From Nitrososphaerota archaeon (GTDB taxonomy: Archaea > Thermoproteota > Nitrososphaeria_A > Caldarchaeales > Caldarchaeaceae), in contig JBEPYN010000003.1 of NCBI GenBank assembly GCA_041641305.1, positions 26,841 through 90,840 of the forward strand: DNA of 64,000 nt, read 5' to 3'. Made by a program: the position numbers and the translations under genes. Numbering within the stretch: position 1 is the first letter of the stretch; the number at the start of each line of letters is the position of its first letter. Positions 54,477 to 63,504 of the stretch are shown in pieces. A model generated the notes under the pieces. That model was not told the DNA's origin. It did not search any database and saw only the letters and a list, made by a program, of their open reading frames with translations.

Positions 54477-55225
54477 CCCGCAACCCTCCTGATATCCGTT
54501 AGATGCATGGCGACGCGTTCACTGCCGTATGCTGCTGCTAGGTTTTCGGCTGTTAGAACTTTTTCGGGTGGCCCAAAGGCTATCACACGGTTTCTGAGTA
54601 GGAGTATGTTGTCGAAGAATTCGAAGGTGCTGCTGAGGTCGTGTGTGGTCATTATCACTGTTTTGCCAACCCGTCGAAGCTCGCTCAAGATGTCGAAGAG
54701 CCTGTCCTCTGATTCGGCGTCTATGCCTGTGAGTGGTTCATCCAATAGGTAGATCTCCGCTTCTTGGGCTATGGCTCTCGCTATGAAGACCCGCTGTTGC
54801 TGCCCACCCGAAAGCTCCGAGATTTTCCTATGCATTAAACCGGTTAGTCCGGTTTTCTCCAAAGCGGCCAACACATTCTCATCATCTTTCTTCACACTAT
54901 GTAGATAGCCTACACCCCTTATTCTGCCCATGGCCACGACATCCCACACCGTCAACGGATAGTCCCAGTAAACCTCCTCCCTTTGGGGGACGTAGGCTAT
55001 TTTTCCACGCGCCTCTGAGACATCGAGTCCATGTATTTTGATGACACCTTTCTGCGGCTTGACAAGTCCGACAAGAGCTTTGAAAAGGCTGCTTTTTCCC
55101 GAGCCATTTGGCCCAACTACCGCCGTTATCGAGCCACGGGATATTTTGAATGAAACATCCTCAAGGGCGGTAATCCTCTCGTAGGCAACAGTTAATCCAT
55201 CCACATTGACAGCTTCGTTCAACAA
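54467..55225 (-). CDS. Metal ABC transporter ATP-binding protein (ZnuC/TroB-like)
   Basis: Walker A GPNGSGKSS, signature LSGGQQQR and Walker B YLLDEP. Confidence 0.85.
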   Translation of the reverse strand: MLNEAVNVDGLTVAYERITALEDVSFKISRGSITAVVGPNGSGKSSLFKALVGLVKPQKGVIKIHGLDVSEARGKIAYVPQREEVYWDYPLTVWDVVAMGRIRGVGYLHSVKKDDENVLAALEKTGLTGLMHRKISELSGGQQQRVFIARAIAQEAEIYLLDEPLTGIDAESEDRLFDILSELRRVGKTVIMTTHDLSSTFEFFDNILLLRNRVIAFGPPEKVLTAENLAAAYGSERVAMHLTDIRRVAGWR

Positions 55226-56148
55226 CTCTTCATCAACTCCGCGACAATTGTTTCAACATTCACCTTCATCATGGAGACGTAAGTCTCGGCGCCTGAACCG
55301 CGTGGCCCCACGCCGTCAACGTACAGCGGCCCAGCCAACCTTCCACCAGTCTCCCGTATAAGCGAGTCCAGAAGCCTGCTGGAAAGAGTTGATTCGACAA
55401 AGAAGACACACACCCCGAGCTGCTTCACCTTCTCAACTGCTTGAACCATATCTATGGGGGATGGTTCAATTTCCGTGGCTATAGAGTAGAAGTATGCGCC
55501 TACGCGGAATCCGTAAGCTCTTGCAAAATACTGGAAAGCGTTTTCCTGTGTGACAAGTACTCGTTTCTTCTGTGGAAGTTGCGATACGGTTTCCCTAATC
55601 CATTTGTCGAGCGCCTCCAGTTCCCATATATATGCTGCTGCGTTTGCTCTGTAGGTTTCGGCGTTGCCAGGGTCTTGTCTGATGAATATGTCTCTGATGC
55701 GTTCGACATATTTTATCGCGAGGTTTACGTCCATCCACATGTGCGGGTCTTCTTTTCCGGCGTAGGGGCCGTCGGGAACCTTGAGCAGATAAGGCTCCAG
55801 CCCCTCCGTTACCCTGTGTAGCTTCTCCATGTTCTGACTGCTGAGGAGCTTAACCGCCCATGTATCGATCGCGAAGCCGTTGTAGAGGATCACAGCCGCT
55901 TTTGCGGCTTTGACCATGTCCTCGGGTGTCGGCTCATATGTGTGTGGGCTTTGCCCCGGTGCAACCAAGCACTCCACATCCCAAAGCTCACCCACAACGT
56001 TTCGGGTGAGATCACAGATTATCGAGGTGGTCGCCAGCGCCAGCCTCTGCTCAGCAGCCTCAGGGACCATGTAATGTGGGGAGACAAGCCCCAGGGCCAA
56101 GACAAAAATGGATGCGGCTAATAGAAGCCTTGATTCGGGGAATATCAT
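55219..56148 (-). CDS. Metal ABC transporter substrate-binding protein (TroA/ZnuA-like, cluster 9)
   Basis: 309 aa with ...SPHTYEPTPEDM... and DPHMWMD motifs. It has no His-rich loop. Confidence 0.8.
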   Translation of the reverse strand: MIFPESRLLLAASIFVLALGLVSPHYMVPEAAEQRLALATTSIICDLTRNVVGELWDVECLVAPGQSPHTYEPTPEDMVKAAKAAVILYNGFAIDTWAVKLLSSQNMEKLHRVTEGLEPYLLKVPDGPYAGKEDPHMWMDVNLAIKYVERIRDIFIRQDPGNAETYRANAAAYIWELEALDKWIRETVSQLPQKKRVLVTQENAFQYFARAYGFRVGAYFYSIATEIEPSPIDMVQAVEKVKQLGVCVFFVESTLSSRLLDSLIRETGGRLAGPLYVDGVGPRGSGAETYVSMMKVNVETIVAELMKSC

Positions 56149-56163
56149 TTTCTCCGTCCTTTT

Positions 56164-56185
56164 TTAGCCTAGGCTAAATTTAGCC
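56164..56185. promoter_or_regulatory. Overlapping perfect palindromes TTAGCCTAGGCTAA / GGCTAAATTTAGCC (three alternating TTAGCC half-sites) at the metal ABC promoter
   Basis: I read the reverse complements directly and both 14-mers are self-complementary. The element spans the TATA-like AAATTTA about 25-30 nt upstream of the substrate-binding-protein ATG (56148). Confidence 0.55.
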
Positions 56186-56247
56186 TTATCTCAAAACCAT
56201 GGAAGACCTTAATAAATCCAGCAATAAACCATCTCCGAAGCAGAACC

Positions 56248-57396
56248 TTGAGCACAGTAACCAAATATGTTATAGAGGCTCGGATTGAAGTGGACGGTCC
56301 AGTTGACAAAAACGATGTGGTAGGCGCTGTTTTCGGGCAGACGGAGGGTATTTTCAGCTCAGAACTCGACTTACGGGAGCTGCAGAAAACCGGCCGCATC
56401 GGCAGAATCGAGATAAACGTCAACACACAGGGTAACAAGGCCGTGGGCAAAATCATAGTCCCCACGAGCCTCGACAAATACACAACATCCCTGATAGCCG
56501 CGATGATAGAGTCAATCGACAGAGTCGGACCATATCAGGCACGAGCAGTCATAGAAAAGATAGAGGACACAAGGCTCGAGAAAAGAAAACGCATAATCGA
56601 AAGAGCCAAGGAGATTCTCGCGAACTGGGAGAAGCAGAAGGTGCCTGAGAACGACCTTATTCTCCGGGAGCTTGAAGACGCGATAGTCAAGACAAAGGTC
56701 TCCGAATACGGCCCCGAGAAGCTTCCAGCGGGCCCCGAGGTAGACTCGTCCGACGAGCTAATTATAGTCGAGGGGAGAGCAGACGTCATCAACCTACTGA
56801 GATACGGTTACAAAAACACCATAGCTGTCGAGGGGGTTAAGATTCCCAAATCCATCGCAGGCTTGACGCGGAGGAAAAAACATGTTATCGCGTTTCTTGA
56901 CGGTGACAGAGGAGGCGACCTTATCCTGCAGGAGCTTCTCCAAAACTGTAAGATAGACGCAGTCGCGAGAGCGCCCTACGGGAAAGAGGTTGAGCAACTG
57001 ACTGCGAGAGAGATTCATGAGGCCCTTGAACACGCGGTCCCGCCCTCAGAGGCCTTGCGAGCAAAGGAAATCGCTGCGGGGGGCGAGAGGAAAACTATTC
57101 CATCCGAGTTAAAGAATTATGTGAAACAGGTTGACGGCACGCTCTCGGCTGTTTTGCTTGACCAGAACTTTAACGAGATACAGCGTATGCCTGTGAGCGA
57201 GCTTGTGGCTAAGTTTGGGGAGCACAGAGATGCGAAGTATGTGGTTTTCGACGGTGTGGTGACTCAGAGGCTTGTCGACATGGCTGCGTCCCTCGAGAGC
57301 GATGTCTATCTCGTGGGGGCGCGTGTAGGCGATATTCAGAACAAGCCTCCAAACGTTCACATCTACACTACCAGCGAGCTAATCAACGCGTCTTAG
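56248..57396 (+). CDS. dnaG: Archaeal DnaG (Toprim-domain primase-like, exosome-associated)
   Basis: 382 aa. KYVIEARIEVDGPVDKNDVVGAVFGQTEG..., and Toprim IIVEGRADV...DGDRGG. It starts with TTG. Confidence 0.9.
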   Translation: MSTVTKYVIEARIEVDGPVDKNDVVGAVFGQTEGIFSSELDLRELQKTGRIGRIEINVNTQGNKAVGKIIVPTSLDKYTTSLIAAMIESIDRVGPYQARAVIEKIEDTRLEKRKRIIERAKEILANWEKQKVPENDLILRELEDAIVKTKVSEYGPEKLPAGPEVDSSDELIIVEGRADVINLLRYGYKNTIAVEGVKIPKSIAGLTRRKKHVIAFLDGDRGGDLILQELLQNCKIDAVARAPYGKEVEQLTAREIHEALEHAVPPSEALRAKEIAAGGERKTIPSELKNYVKQVDGTLSAVLLDQNFNEIQRMPVSELVAKFGEHRDAKYVVFDGVVTQRLVDMAASLESDVYLVGARVGDIQNKPPNVHIYTTSELINAS

Positions 57397-58458
57397 TACC
57401 GTGGGATCAACTGGATAGCGTAGGAAGGCAGCCACTCCACCCAACCCATTAAGCTTATCCGCGGCCTCAGACCCCGTTGAGATGACGCGAACAGAAGCGC
57501 CAAAGGCCTCGGCCCCGTCTATCAACTCCCACACATTCTTATCCATGTGTTTGCTCCAGAGAAAATCCTCCGAGACCAAAACTTTCTCAACCGCGCCCAT
57601 TCGCAGGGCGTTGAGTGTCTCCACAAACCCGAGAGAGGCTTTCCCAGGCTCCGTAGCCAGCACACGCATCAGCTCCTCTACATCCAAAACGTCAGCCACA
57701 GCCTTGACCTCTTCACCGAGCTCACGCAGCATGCCTCCGCGCATCAGCTCTGAGACACCGGCGTGGTCTGTTGTTGAGACAAACCCCGTCTTCTTGACCC
57801 GCTGATACAGGTTTGGTTTCTCACGTTTAAGATAGGTGATAAACTCGTCTACGGTGATTGAGGGGCCGAACACATACACATCACCAGCGTCTCCGAGCTT
57901 TTCGGCGGCGGCTGCGTAGATTTTCTGAAGAGCTTTCTGCCTCTGCTCAGGCTCCCTCTTCCCCTCGACAACGGCTTCATGAAAAATCACACGCATCCCC
58001 GATGGCTCGGCGCGGTAAACCCCCAAGCTCTCGTCATCGACCAAAACCAGCGCAACACCTTTTTTAACACCGGGTTCTCTGTAGTATCTCGCCATAGCCT
58101 CTAGCCGTGGAAAACTTTTCCTACTCTCCACCGTGAGCTCGTCGCCCACCGAAACGTGTATGCTGTGATGCTTCCCCACAAGGCCCAGCTCCCTGCTCTC
58201 AAACCTGATAACCCCAAGAAGGTCCAGCCTCTTCAGCATGGGGTCTAGGCTTTTCTCCGCGACCTCGACACCCAGCTCAACAACCACGCGGACGCTGTCC
58301 ACACTGCCATCACGCCTCTCCTTCTTCAGCTCCCTGCTCGTAACGGCGTAAACAACATCACCCGGCTCCAAAACACGGTAAACATTCAAAAGATCAAGAG
58401 TAGACTCGGGAACAACCGTCACCAAACGCTTCAAAGGACTGATTTTAACAACCCTCAA
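57379..58458 (-). CDS. pelA: Pelota (mRNA surveillance / ribosome rescue factor)
   Basis: 359 aa with a Pelota N-terminal Sm-like domain and an eRF1-like C-terminus. It starts with TTG. Confidence 0.85.
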   Translation of the reverse strand: MRVVKISPLKRLVTVVPESTLDLLNVYRVLEPGDVVYAVTSRELKKERRDGSVDSVRVVVELGVEVAEKSLDPMLKRLDLLGVIRFESRELGLVGKHHSIHVSVGDELTVESRKSFPRLEAMARYYREPGVKKGVALVLVDDESLGVYRAEPSGMRVIFHEAVVEGKREPEQRQKALQKIYAAAAEKLGDAGDVYVFGPSITVDEFITYLKREKPNLYQRVKKTGFVSTTDHAGVSELMRGGMLRELGEEVKAVADVLDVEELMRVLATEPGKASLGFVETLNALRMGAVEKVLVSEDFLWSKHMDKNVWELIDGAEAFGASVRVISTGSEAADKLNGLGGVAAFLRYPVDPTVLRRVD

Positions 58459-58542
58459 ACCAGCTCCCCATTAACAACCACATGCATCTACATTTAGAGC
58501 CGTGGCGCGTATTTTATAAGGGCTTAAGATCCATAAAGTCCC

Positions 58543-59247
58543 ATGTATAGAATCGGCTTGATTATCCCTTCCTCAAACACGACCATGGAAAGGGAGTTTT
58601 GGGACACCCTACATGGGTATGCTACGATACATACGGGGCGTGTTTTTCTGGAGAATGTGCGGGTTTCCGAGTTGAACGAGTTGGAGGATGAAGCGGTTGA
58701 GGAGGCGCGTAAACTGGTGACAGCAGGGGTTAACATCCTCGTTTATGGCTGTACAAGCGGAAGCTTCGTCAGAGGCCCTGAGCAATACAGAGCCATAGAG
58801 GAGAAGCTTGAGAAACTGGGTAAGCCAGCCGTCGCGACATCGGGGGCTGTGTGCAGAGCGCTTACCCATTTGGGGGCGAGGAAAATATCCCTCATCACAC
58901 CATATACAAAAGACATCACAGAGGCTGAGAGGGTTTTCCTGAACAAACACGGGTTCGAAGTCCTATCTGTTTTTCACGCATCCATTGTATCCAACACCGA
59001 TATTGGCATGGTGAAGGATGATGAAGTAGCTGAATGGGCTGTGGAGAACACTCATCCCGACTCCGACGCCGTCTTCATAAGCTGCACAAACCTAAGCACC
59101 TTCAAAGCCATCAAAAAAATAGAGGAAAAAACAGGAAAACCAGTCGTTTCAAGCAACTCCGCGACACTATGGAACTTGTTGTGGAGACTTGGCTCAGAGA
59201 TTGAGATACCTCACCTAGCTAAATTGTTTGTGAAGAAGCTCGGCTGA
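58543..59247 (+). CDS. Asp/Glu/hydantoin racemase superfamily protein (maleate isomerase / arylmalonate decarboxylase-like)
   Basis: 234 aa with IGLIIPSSNTTMEREF and two Cys motifs, YGCTSGS and ISCTNLS. A TATA-like TTTTATAAG lies about 24 nt upstream. Confidence 0.7.
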   Translation: MYRIGLIIPSSNTTMEREFWDTLHGYATIHTGRVFLENVRVSELNELEDEAVEEARKLVTAGVNILVYGCTSGSFVRGPEQYRAIEEKLEKLGKPAVATSGAVCRALTHLGARKISLITPYTKDITEAERVFLNKHGFEVLSVFHASIVSNTDIGMVKDDEVAEWAVENTHPDSDAVFISCTNLSTFKAIKKIEEKTGKPVVSSNSATLWNLLWRLGSEIEIPHLAKLFVKKLG

Positions 59248-59263
59248 AAAATGGTGTAGAAGC

Positions 59264-61315
59264 TTGGCGCGGATTGTCGCCGCTGTTGATGTTGGGGGAA
59301 CATTCACCGACTTGGTTGCCGTCGACGAGGAAAATGGAGAGTTTTACACGGTTAAGACCCGTAGCACGCCTAAGCGGCCCGAGGAAGGCTTCCTCGAGGC
59401 TGTGAAAAATCTTCTGGAGAAATTTTCACCACAGGATTTTGATCTCATCATACATGTCAACACCATCGGCACCAATCTTTTCAGAGGCCAGCTTGGTCTC
59501 GCGATGCCTGTTGTCGCACTCGTCACCACGAAAGGCTTTAGAGATGTTGTGGAGATAGGTAGGCAAAACAGGCCCGAGCTTTACAACATCTTCTACAGAA
59601 GACCTGACCCTATAGTGCCTCGTGAGAGAAGGTTTGAGGTTGATGAGAGGGTGGATGGGAAAGGAGCTGTGCTGAAGATGGTTGATGAAAAGGAGCTGGA
59701 GACTTTAGCTGTCCTCATGAGTAAAGTCGGTGTCGAATCAGTCGCGGTATCCTTCCTAAACAGCTACAAAAACCCCGTCAACGAGAAAAAGGCCAAAGAG
59801 GGGCTCAGCCGATACCTGAAAGCCATGGTTTTCGCGTCTTATGAAGTGGATCCGGAGCATCGCGAATATGAGAGAACGAGCACGACGGTGGTTAACGCTG
59901 CTCTGGCCCCTGTTGTCTCTAGATACATTGCCTCCGTTAGAAAGGGGCTCGAGGAATTGGGTATCGTCTGCCCTGTTCAGATCATGAGCTCTGCGGGTGG
60001 TCTCGTCGATGTGGAGGAGGCTGTCCACAGGCCCGTTGCATGTATCGAGTCAGGTCCTGCGGCGGGTGTGATTGGCGCCGCCAAAATTGCGGAAGCAACT
60101 GGTTACCGGCGGGTTATCAGCTTTGACATGGGTGGAACGACTGCCAAGGCTGGTGTAGTGGTGGATGGTCTTCCCACAACAGTTCCTGAGATAGAGGTGG
60201 GTGGACGTGTTCACATGGGCCGCGTAATCAAGGGAAGCGGCTACCCAGTGCGTTTCCCGTCGATAGACCTTGCGGAGGTTAGCGCAGGCGGCGGAACCAT
60301 AATACAGGCATCTAAATCAGGTGGGCTTCAGGTTGGGCCCCTCAGCGCCGGAGCCGACCCAGGCCCCGCATGCTACGGTCTCGGAGGAAAAGAGCCGACC
60401 ATAACAGACGCCAACCACCTTCTCGGCAGAGTCGAGCACCTGCTCGGAGGCAAAATCAAGCTGAACACCAGTTTGGCTGAAGCTGCGATGAAGAATGTGG
60501 CGACCAAATTAGGCCTATCTGTTACTGAGGTAGCGTGGAACTCTCTCGTGCTAGCAAACCTGCAGATGGCTAGAGCTGTTCACCTGGTTACTCTCGAAAG
60601 GGGCCTCGACCCGTCAGAGTTTACTCTCGTAGCTTTCGGCGGTGCAGGGCCTATGCACGCGGCCGAACTCGCTGAACAGATAGGGGTTTCCACTGTAGTC
60701 ATCCCACCTAGTCCCGGACTTTTCTCCTCAATGGGTCTGTTGGTGACAGACATGAAATACAGCTACGTCAAAGGATTTGTCAAGGTTCTTGAGAAAAGGG
60801 ACGAGGAGGTTATAGAGCAGCTGTTTAAAGAGATGGAGGTTTATGCAATCAATCATCTGAGCAAAAGGATTGAGCTGAAAAATTACAGGGTAGTCAGGAC
60901 TATTGACCTCAGGTATCTTGGACAGGGCTATGAGATTGAGGTTGAGACATCAAGGCCCTTCAAGCTGGATGAAGCATGCTCAAAATTTGAGGAGCTTCAC
61001 TCGGCGACATACGGCTACCTACACAGCGGCGAACCAATCGAATCAACCGCGCTAAGACTCTACATCATCATCCCAACCAAGAGAACAACCTTTCCGAAAA
61101 CAACGAGACGCAGAAGTGAATCAGCCAGAAGCACCCGCAGCGTGTATTTTAGAGAAGGTTTTATTGAAACGCCTGTGGTTTGGAGAGAGTCGCTTGACAA
61201 CGGTTACGAGGCCGAGGGGCCTCTCATCGTGGAGGAATATGATTCTACAACAGTTGTTCCTCCGGGGTGGCGAGTTCATGTGGATGAAAGCGGCTGCATG
61301 GTGATGAAGCGATGA
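59264..61315 (+). CDS. hyuA: Hydantoinase/oxoprolinase family, A subunit (HyuA-like)
   Basis: 683 aa with VDVGGTFTD at the N-terminus and FDMGGTTAK. It starts with TTG. Confidence 0.85.
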   Translation: MARIVAAVDVGGTFTDLVAVDEENGEFYTVKTRSTPKRPEEGFLEAVKNLLEKFSPQDFDLIIHVNTIGTNLFRGQLGLAMPVVALVTTKGFRDVVEIGRQNRPELYNIFYRRPDPIVPRERRFEVDERVDGKGAVLKMVDEKELETLAVLMSKVGVESVAVSFLNSYKNPVNEKKAKEGLSRYLKAMVFASYEVDPEHREYERTSTTVVNAALAPVVSRYIASVRKGLEELGIVCPVQIMSSAGGLVDVEEAVHRPVACIESGPAAGVIGAAKIAEATGYRRVISFDMGGTTAKAGVVVDGLPTTVPEIEVGGRVHMGRVIKGSGYPVRFPSIDLAEVSAGGGTIIQASKSGGLQVGPLSAGADPGPACYGLGGKEPTITDANHLLGRVEHLLGGKIKLNTSLAEAAMKNVATKLGLSVTEVAWNSLVLANLQMARAVHLVTLERGLDPSEFTLVAFGGAGPMHAAELAEQIGVSTVVIPPSPGLFSSMGLLVTDMKYSYVKGFVKVLEKRDEEVIEQLFKEMEVYAINHLSKRIELKNYRVVRTIDLRYLGQGYEIEVETSRPFKLDEACSKFEELHSATYGYLHSGEPIESTALRLYIIIPTKRTTFPKTTRRRSESARSTRSVYFREGFIETPVVWRESLDNGYEAEGPLIVEEYDSTTVVPPGWRVHVDESGCMVMKR

Positions 61316-62874
61316 GCTTAGCGGTTGAAGTGGTTAAACACAGCCTAATCTACACATCGGAGGAGATGGGGGTAGCTCTCCGCAAATCAGCATTTTCACC
61401 CAACATCAGGGAAAGGGCTGACCACAGCTGCGCCATCCTCGATTGGCAGGGCCGTCTCATCGGACAGGCTGAACACATACCCGTTCACATCGGCTCTCTC
61501 CCCCTAGGGCTCAAAAACACACTCACATATCTCGAGAAAAAAGGTGTAGAGGTTTCACTCGGAGACATGTATGTCCTCAACGACCCATACATCGCCGGAA
61601 CACATCTCAACGACATCACAACAATCAGGCCCATATTCTACCACGGGCAGCTCGTCGCATACGTTGCCAATAAGGCCCATCACGTAGACGTCGGAGGCAT
61701 AGACCCCTCAAGCATCTCCATAAGAGCCGAGACACTGCTCCAAGAAGGGATAGTAATCCCGCCGGTAAAGCTTATGCGTGAAAACAAACTCGTTGAAGAA
61801 GTCCTCGAGATATTGAGGAGCAACACAAGAATGCCTGACATTACTTTGGGTGACCTCCGTGCACAGATAGCTGCAAACCTCATGGGTGAAAAGAAAATTC
61901 TCGACCTTATTGAGAGAGTGTCGCTTCAAGTTTTCAAGAATGCCGTGGAACAAATCATAGAAATGACAAATAACTATGTCAAAATGGAGATTGACCAGCT
62001 TCCGCACGGCAAGGCTGTCGGCGAAGATTATCTGGAGCTTGATGACAGAGACCTACGTATTAGGGCCACAGTTGAGGTTAATCCCAGAGGCTTTAGGGTG
62101 AATTTCGACGGCACAGACAAGCAGGTCAGCAAACCCCTCAACGCCGTCCTTGGGGTGACAACGGCAGCGACAACCTACACCCTCCGAACACTCCTCGGCC
62201 CCGAAGTATTGCTCAACGAAGGATTCATCAAGACAATATCGATTGAGGCGCCTCAGGGCACGTTGGTCAACCCCGTGAAGCCTGCGCCGGTCGCGGCCGG
62301 GAACCTCGAAACCAGCCAAAGAATAGTTGACACTATTTACAGGGCTCTTGCGGAGATTATGCCGGGCAGAATTCCGGCGGCAAGCACAGGGAGCATGAAC
62401 AACCTCATGATGGGCGGCATCCACCCTGAAACAGGCAGGACGTGGGCTTTCTACGAGACCATAGGCGGCGGAGGGGGAGCACGTCCTGGAATGGACGGTG
62501 TCGACGGTATACACTGCCACATGACAAACACCCTCAACACCCCCATAGAAGTAATCGAGAACTATTACCCGGTGCTGTTCATGTCATATAGGTTTAGGGA
62601 CGGAAGCGGGGGAGAAGGCATGTGGCGAGGCGGTATGGGGATAGAGAGAAGCTTCAAAGCGCTTGCATCCATCCACGTGGCCATCATGGGGGACCGCGGA
62701 CGTCATAGGCCATGGGGCCTGAATGGAGGAGGAGAGGGCGCGGCCAGCGAATATCTTGTCAGAAAAGCAGACGGCCAAACCATTAGACTCCGGTCAAAAG
62801 ACGTGACGACTCTGAACCCCGGCGAGGCACTTGTCATAAGAACGGCTGGGGGCGGTGGATACGGGACAAGATAG
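61312..62874 (+). CDS. hyuB: Hydantoinase B/oxoprolinase family, B subunit (HyuB-like)
   Basis: 520 aa with the typical HyuB pattern (…DHSCAILD…NDPY.AGTHLND…). It overlaps hyuA by ATGA. Confidence 0.85.
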   Translation: MSLAVEVVKHSLIYTSEEMGVALRKSAFSPNIRERADHSCAILDWQGRLIGQAEHIPVHIGSLPLGLKNTLTYLEKKGVEVSLGDMYVLNDPYIAGTHLNDITTIRPIFYHGQLVAYVANKAHHVDVGGIDPSSISIRAETLLQEGIVIPPVKLMRENKLVEEVLEILRSNTRMPDITLGDLRAQIAANLMGEKKILDLIERVSLQVFKNAVEQIIEMTNNYVKMEIDQLPHGKAVGEDYLELDDRDLRIRATVEVNPRGFRVNFDGTDKQVSKPLNAVLGVTTAATTYTLRTLLGPEVLLNEGFIKTISIEAPQGTLVNPVKPAPVAAGNLETSQRIVDTIYRALAEIMPGRIPAASTGSMNNLMMGGIHPETGRTWAFYETIGGGGGARPGMDGVDGIHCHMTNTLNTPIEVIENYYPVLFMSYRFRDGSGGEGMWRGGMGIERSFKALASIHVAIMGDRGRHRPWGLNGGGEGAASEYLVRKADGQTIRLRSKDVTTLNPGEALVIRTAGGGGYGTR

Positions 62875-62934
62875 CCGCCTCGGCTCATGCTTGGCGTGGA
62901 ATTTAATAACGGGCTTTCGGGTGAAGTATGCGGA

Positions 62935-63504
62935 TTGGCTGAAGAGTTAAAGCTGTTTGGTCAGTGGAGCGTCGAGGGGGTGGAGGTCTTAGACGAGGGC
63001 CTGAAGAAATACATCACACTGAAGCCGCAGGTTGTGCCTCATTCGGGAGGGCGTCACGAACACCGCAGATTTGCCAAGTCACAGCTAAACATAGCCGAGC
63101 GCCTCGCCAACATGTTGATGAGACCGGGGAAAAACGGCGGGAAAAAAAGCAAGGCCCTCGCAGCGGTTAGAAACGCTCTCTGGATAATCCATCTACGGAC
63201 AGGAAGGAACCCGTTGGAGGTTTTGGTCCGGGCTGTTGAAAACTCGGCCCCACTCGAGGATGTTACACGTCTGAGCTACGGTGGAATAGTTTATTTTAAA
63301 GCCGTGGACATAAGCCCCCAGAGAAGAGTGGACCTCGCCTTGAGGAACATAGCCCAAGCAGCTCGCGAAAACTCTTTCCGGACAAGGCGGACAATAGACG
63401 AGACCTTGGCTGAGGAGATTATCCTCGCCTCTGAAAAGGATAGTAAGAGCTTCGCGGTGAAGCGGAAAATCGAGCTAGAGCGTGTGGCGCTGGCCTCCCG
63501 TTAA
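62935..63504 (+). CDS. rps7: 30S ribosomal protein S7 (uS7)
   Basis: The sequence is typical of archaeal S7 (LFGQWS...VPHSGGRH...). The TTG at 62935 lies 26 nt after TTTAATAA (62902-62909). The track ORF starts at ATG 62887. Confidence 0.85.
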   Translation: MAEELKLFGQWSVEGVEVLDEGLKKYITLKPQVVPHSGGRHEHRRFAKSQLNIAERLANMLMRPGKNGGKKSKALAAVRNALWIIHLRTGRNPLEVLVRAVENSAPLEDVTRLSYGGIVYFKAVDISPQRRVDLALRNIAQAARENSFRTRRTIDETLAEEIILASEKDSKSFAVKRKIELERVALASR

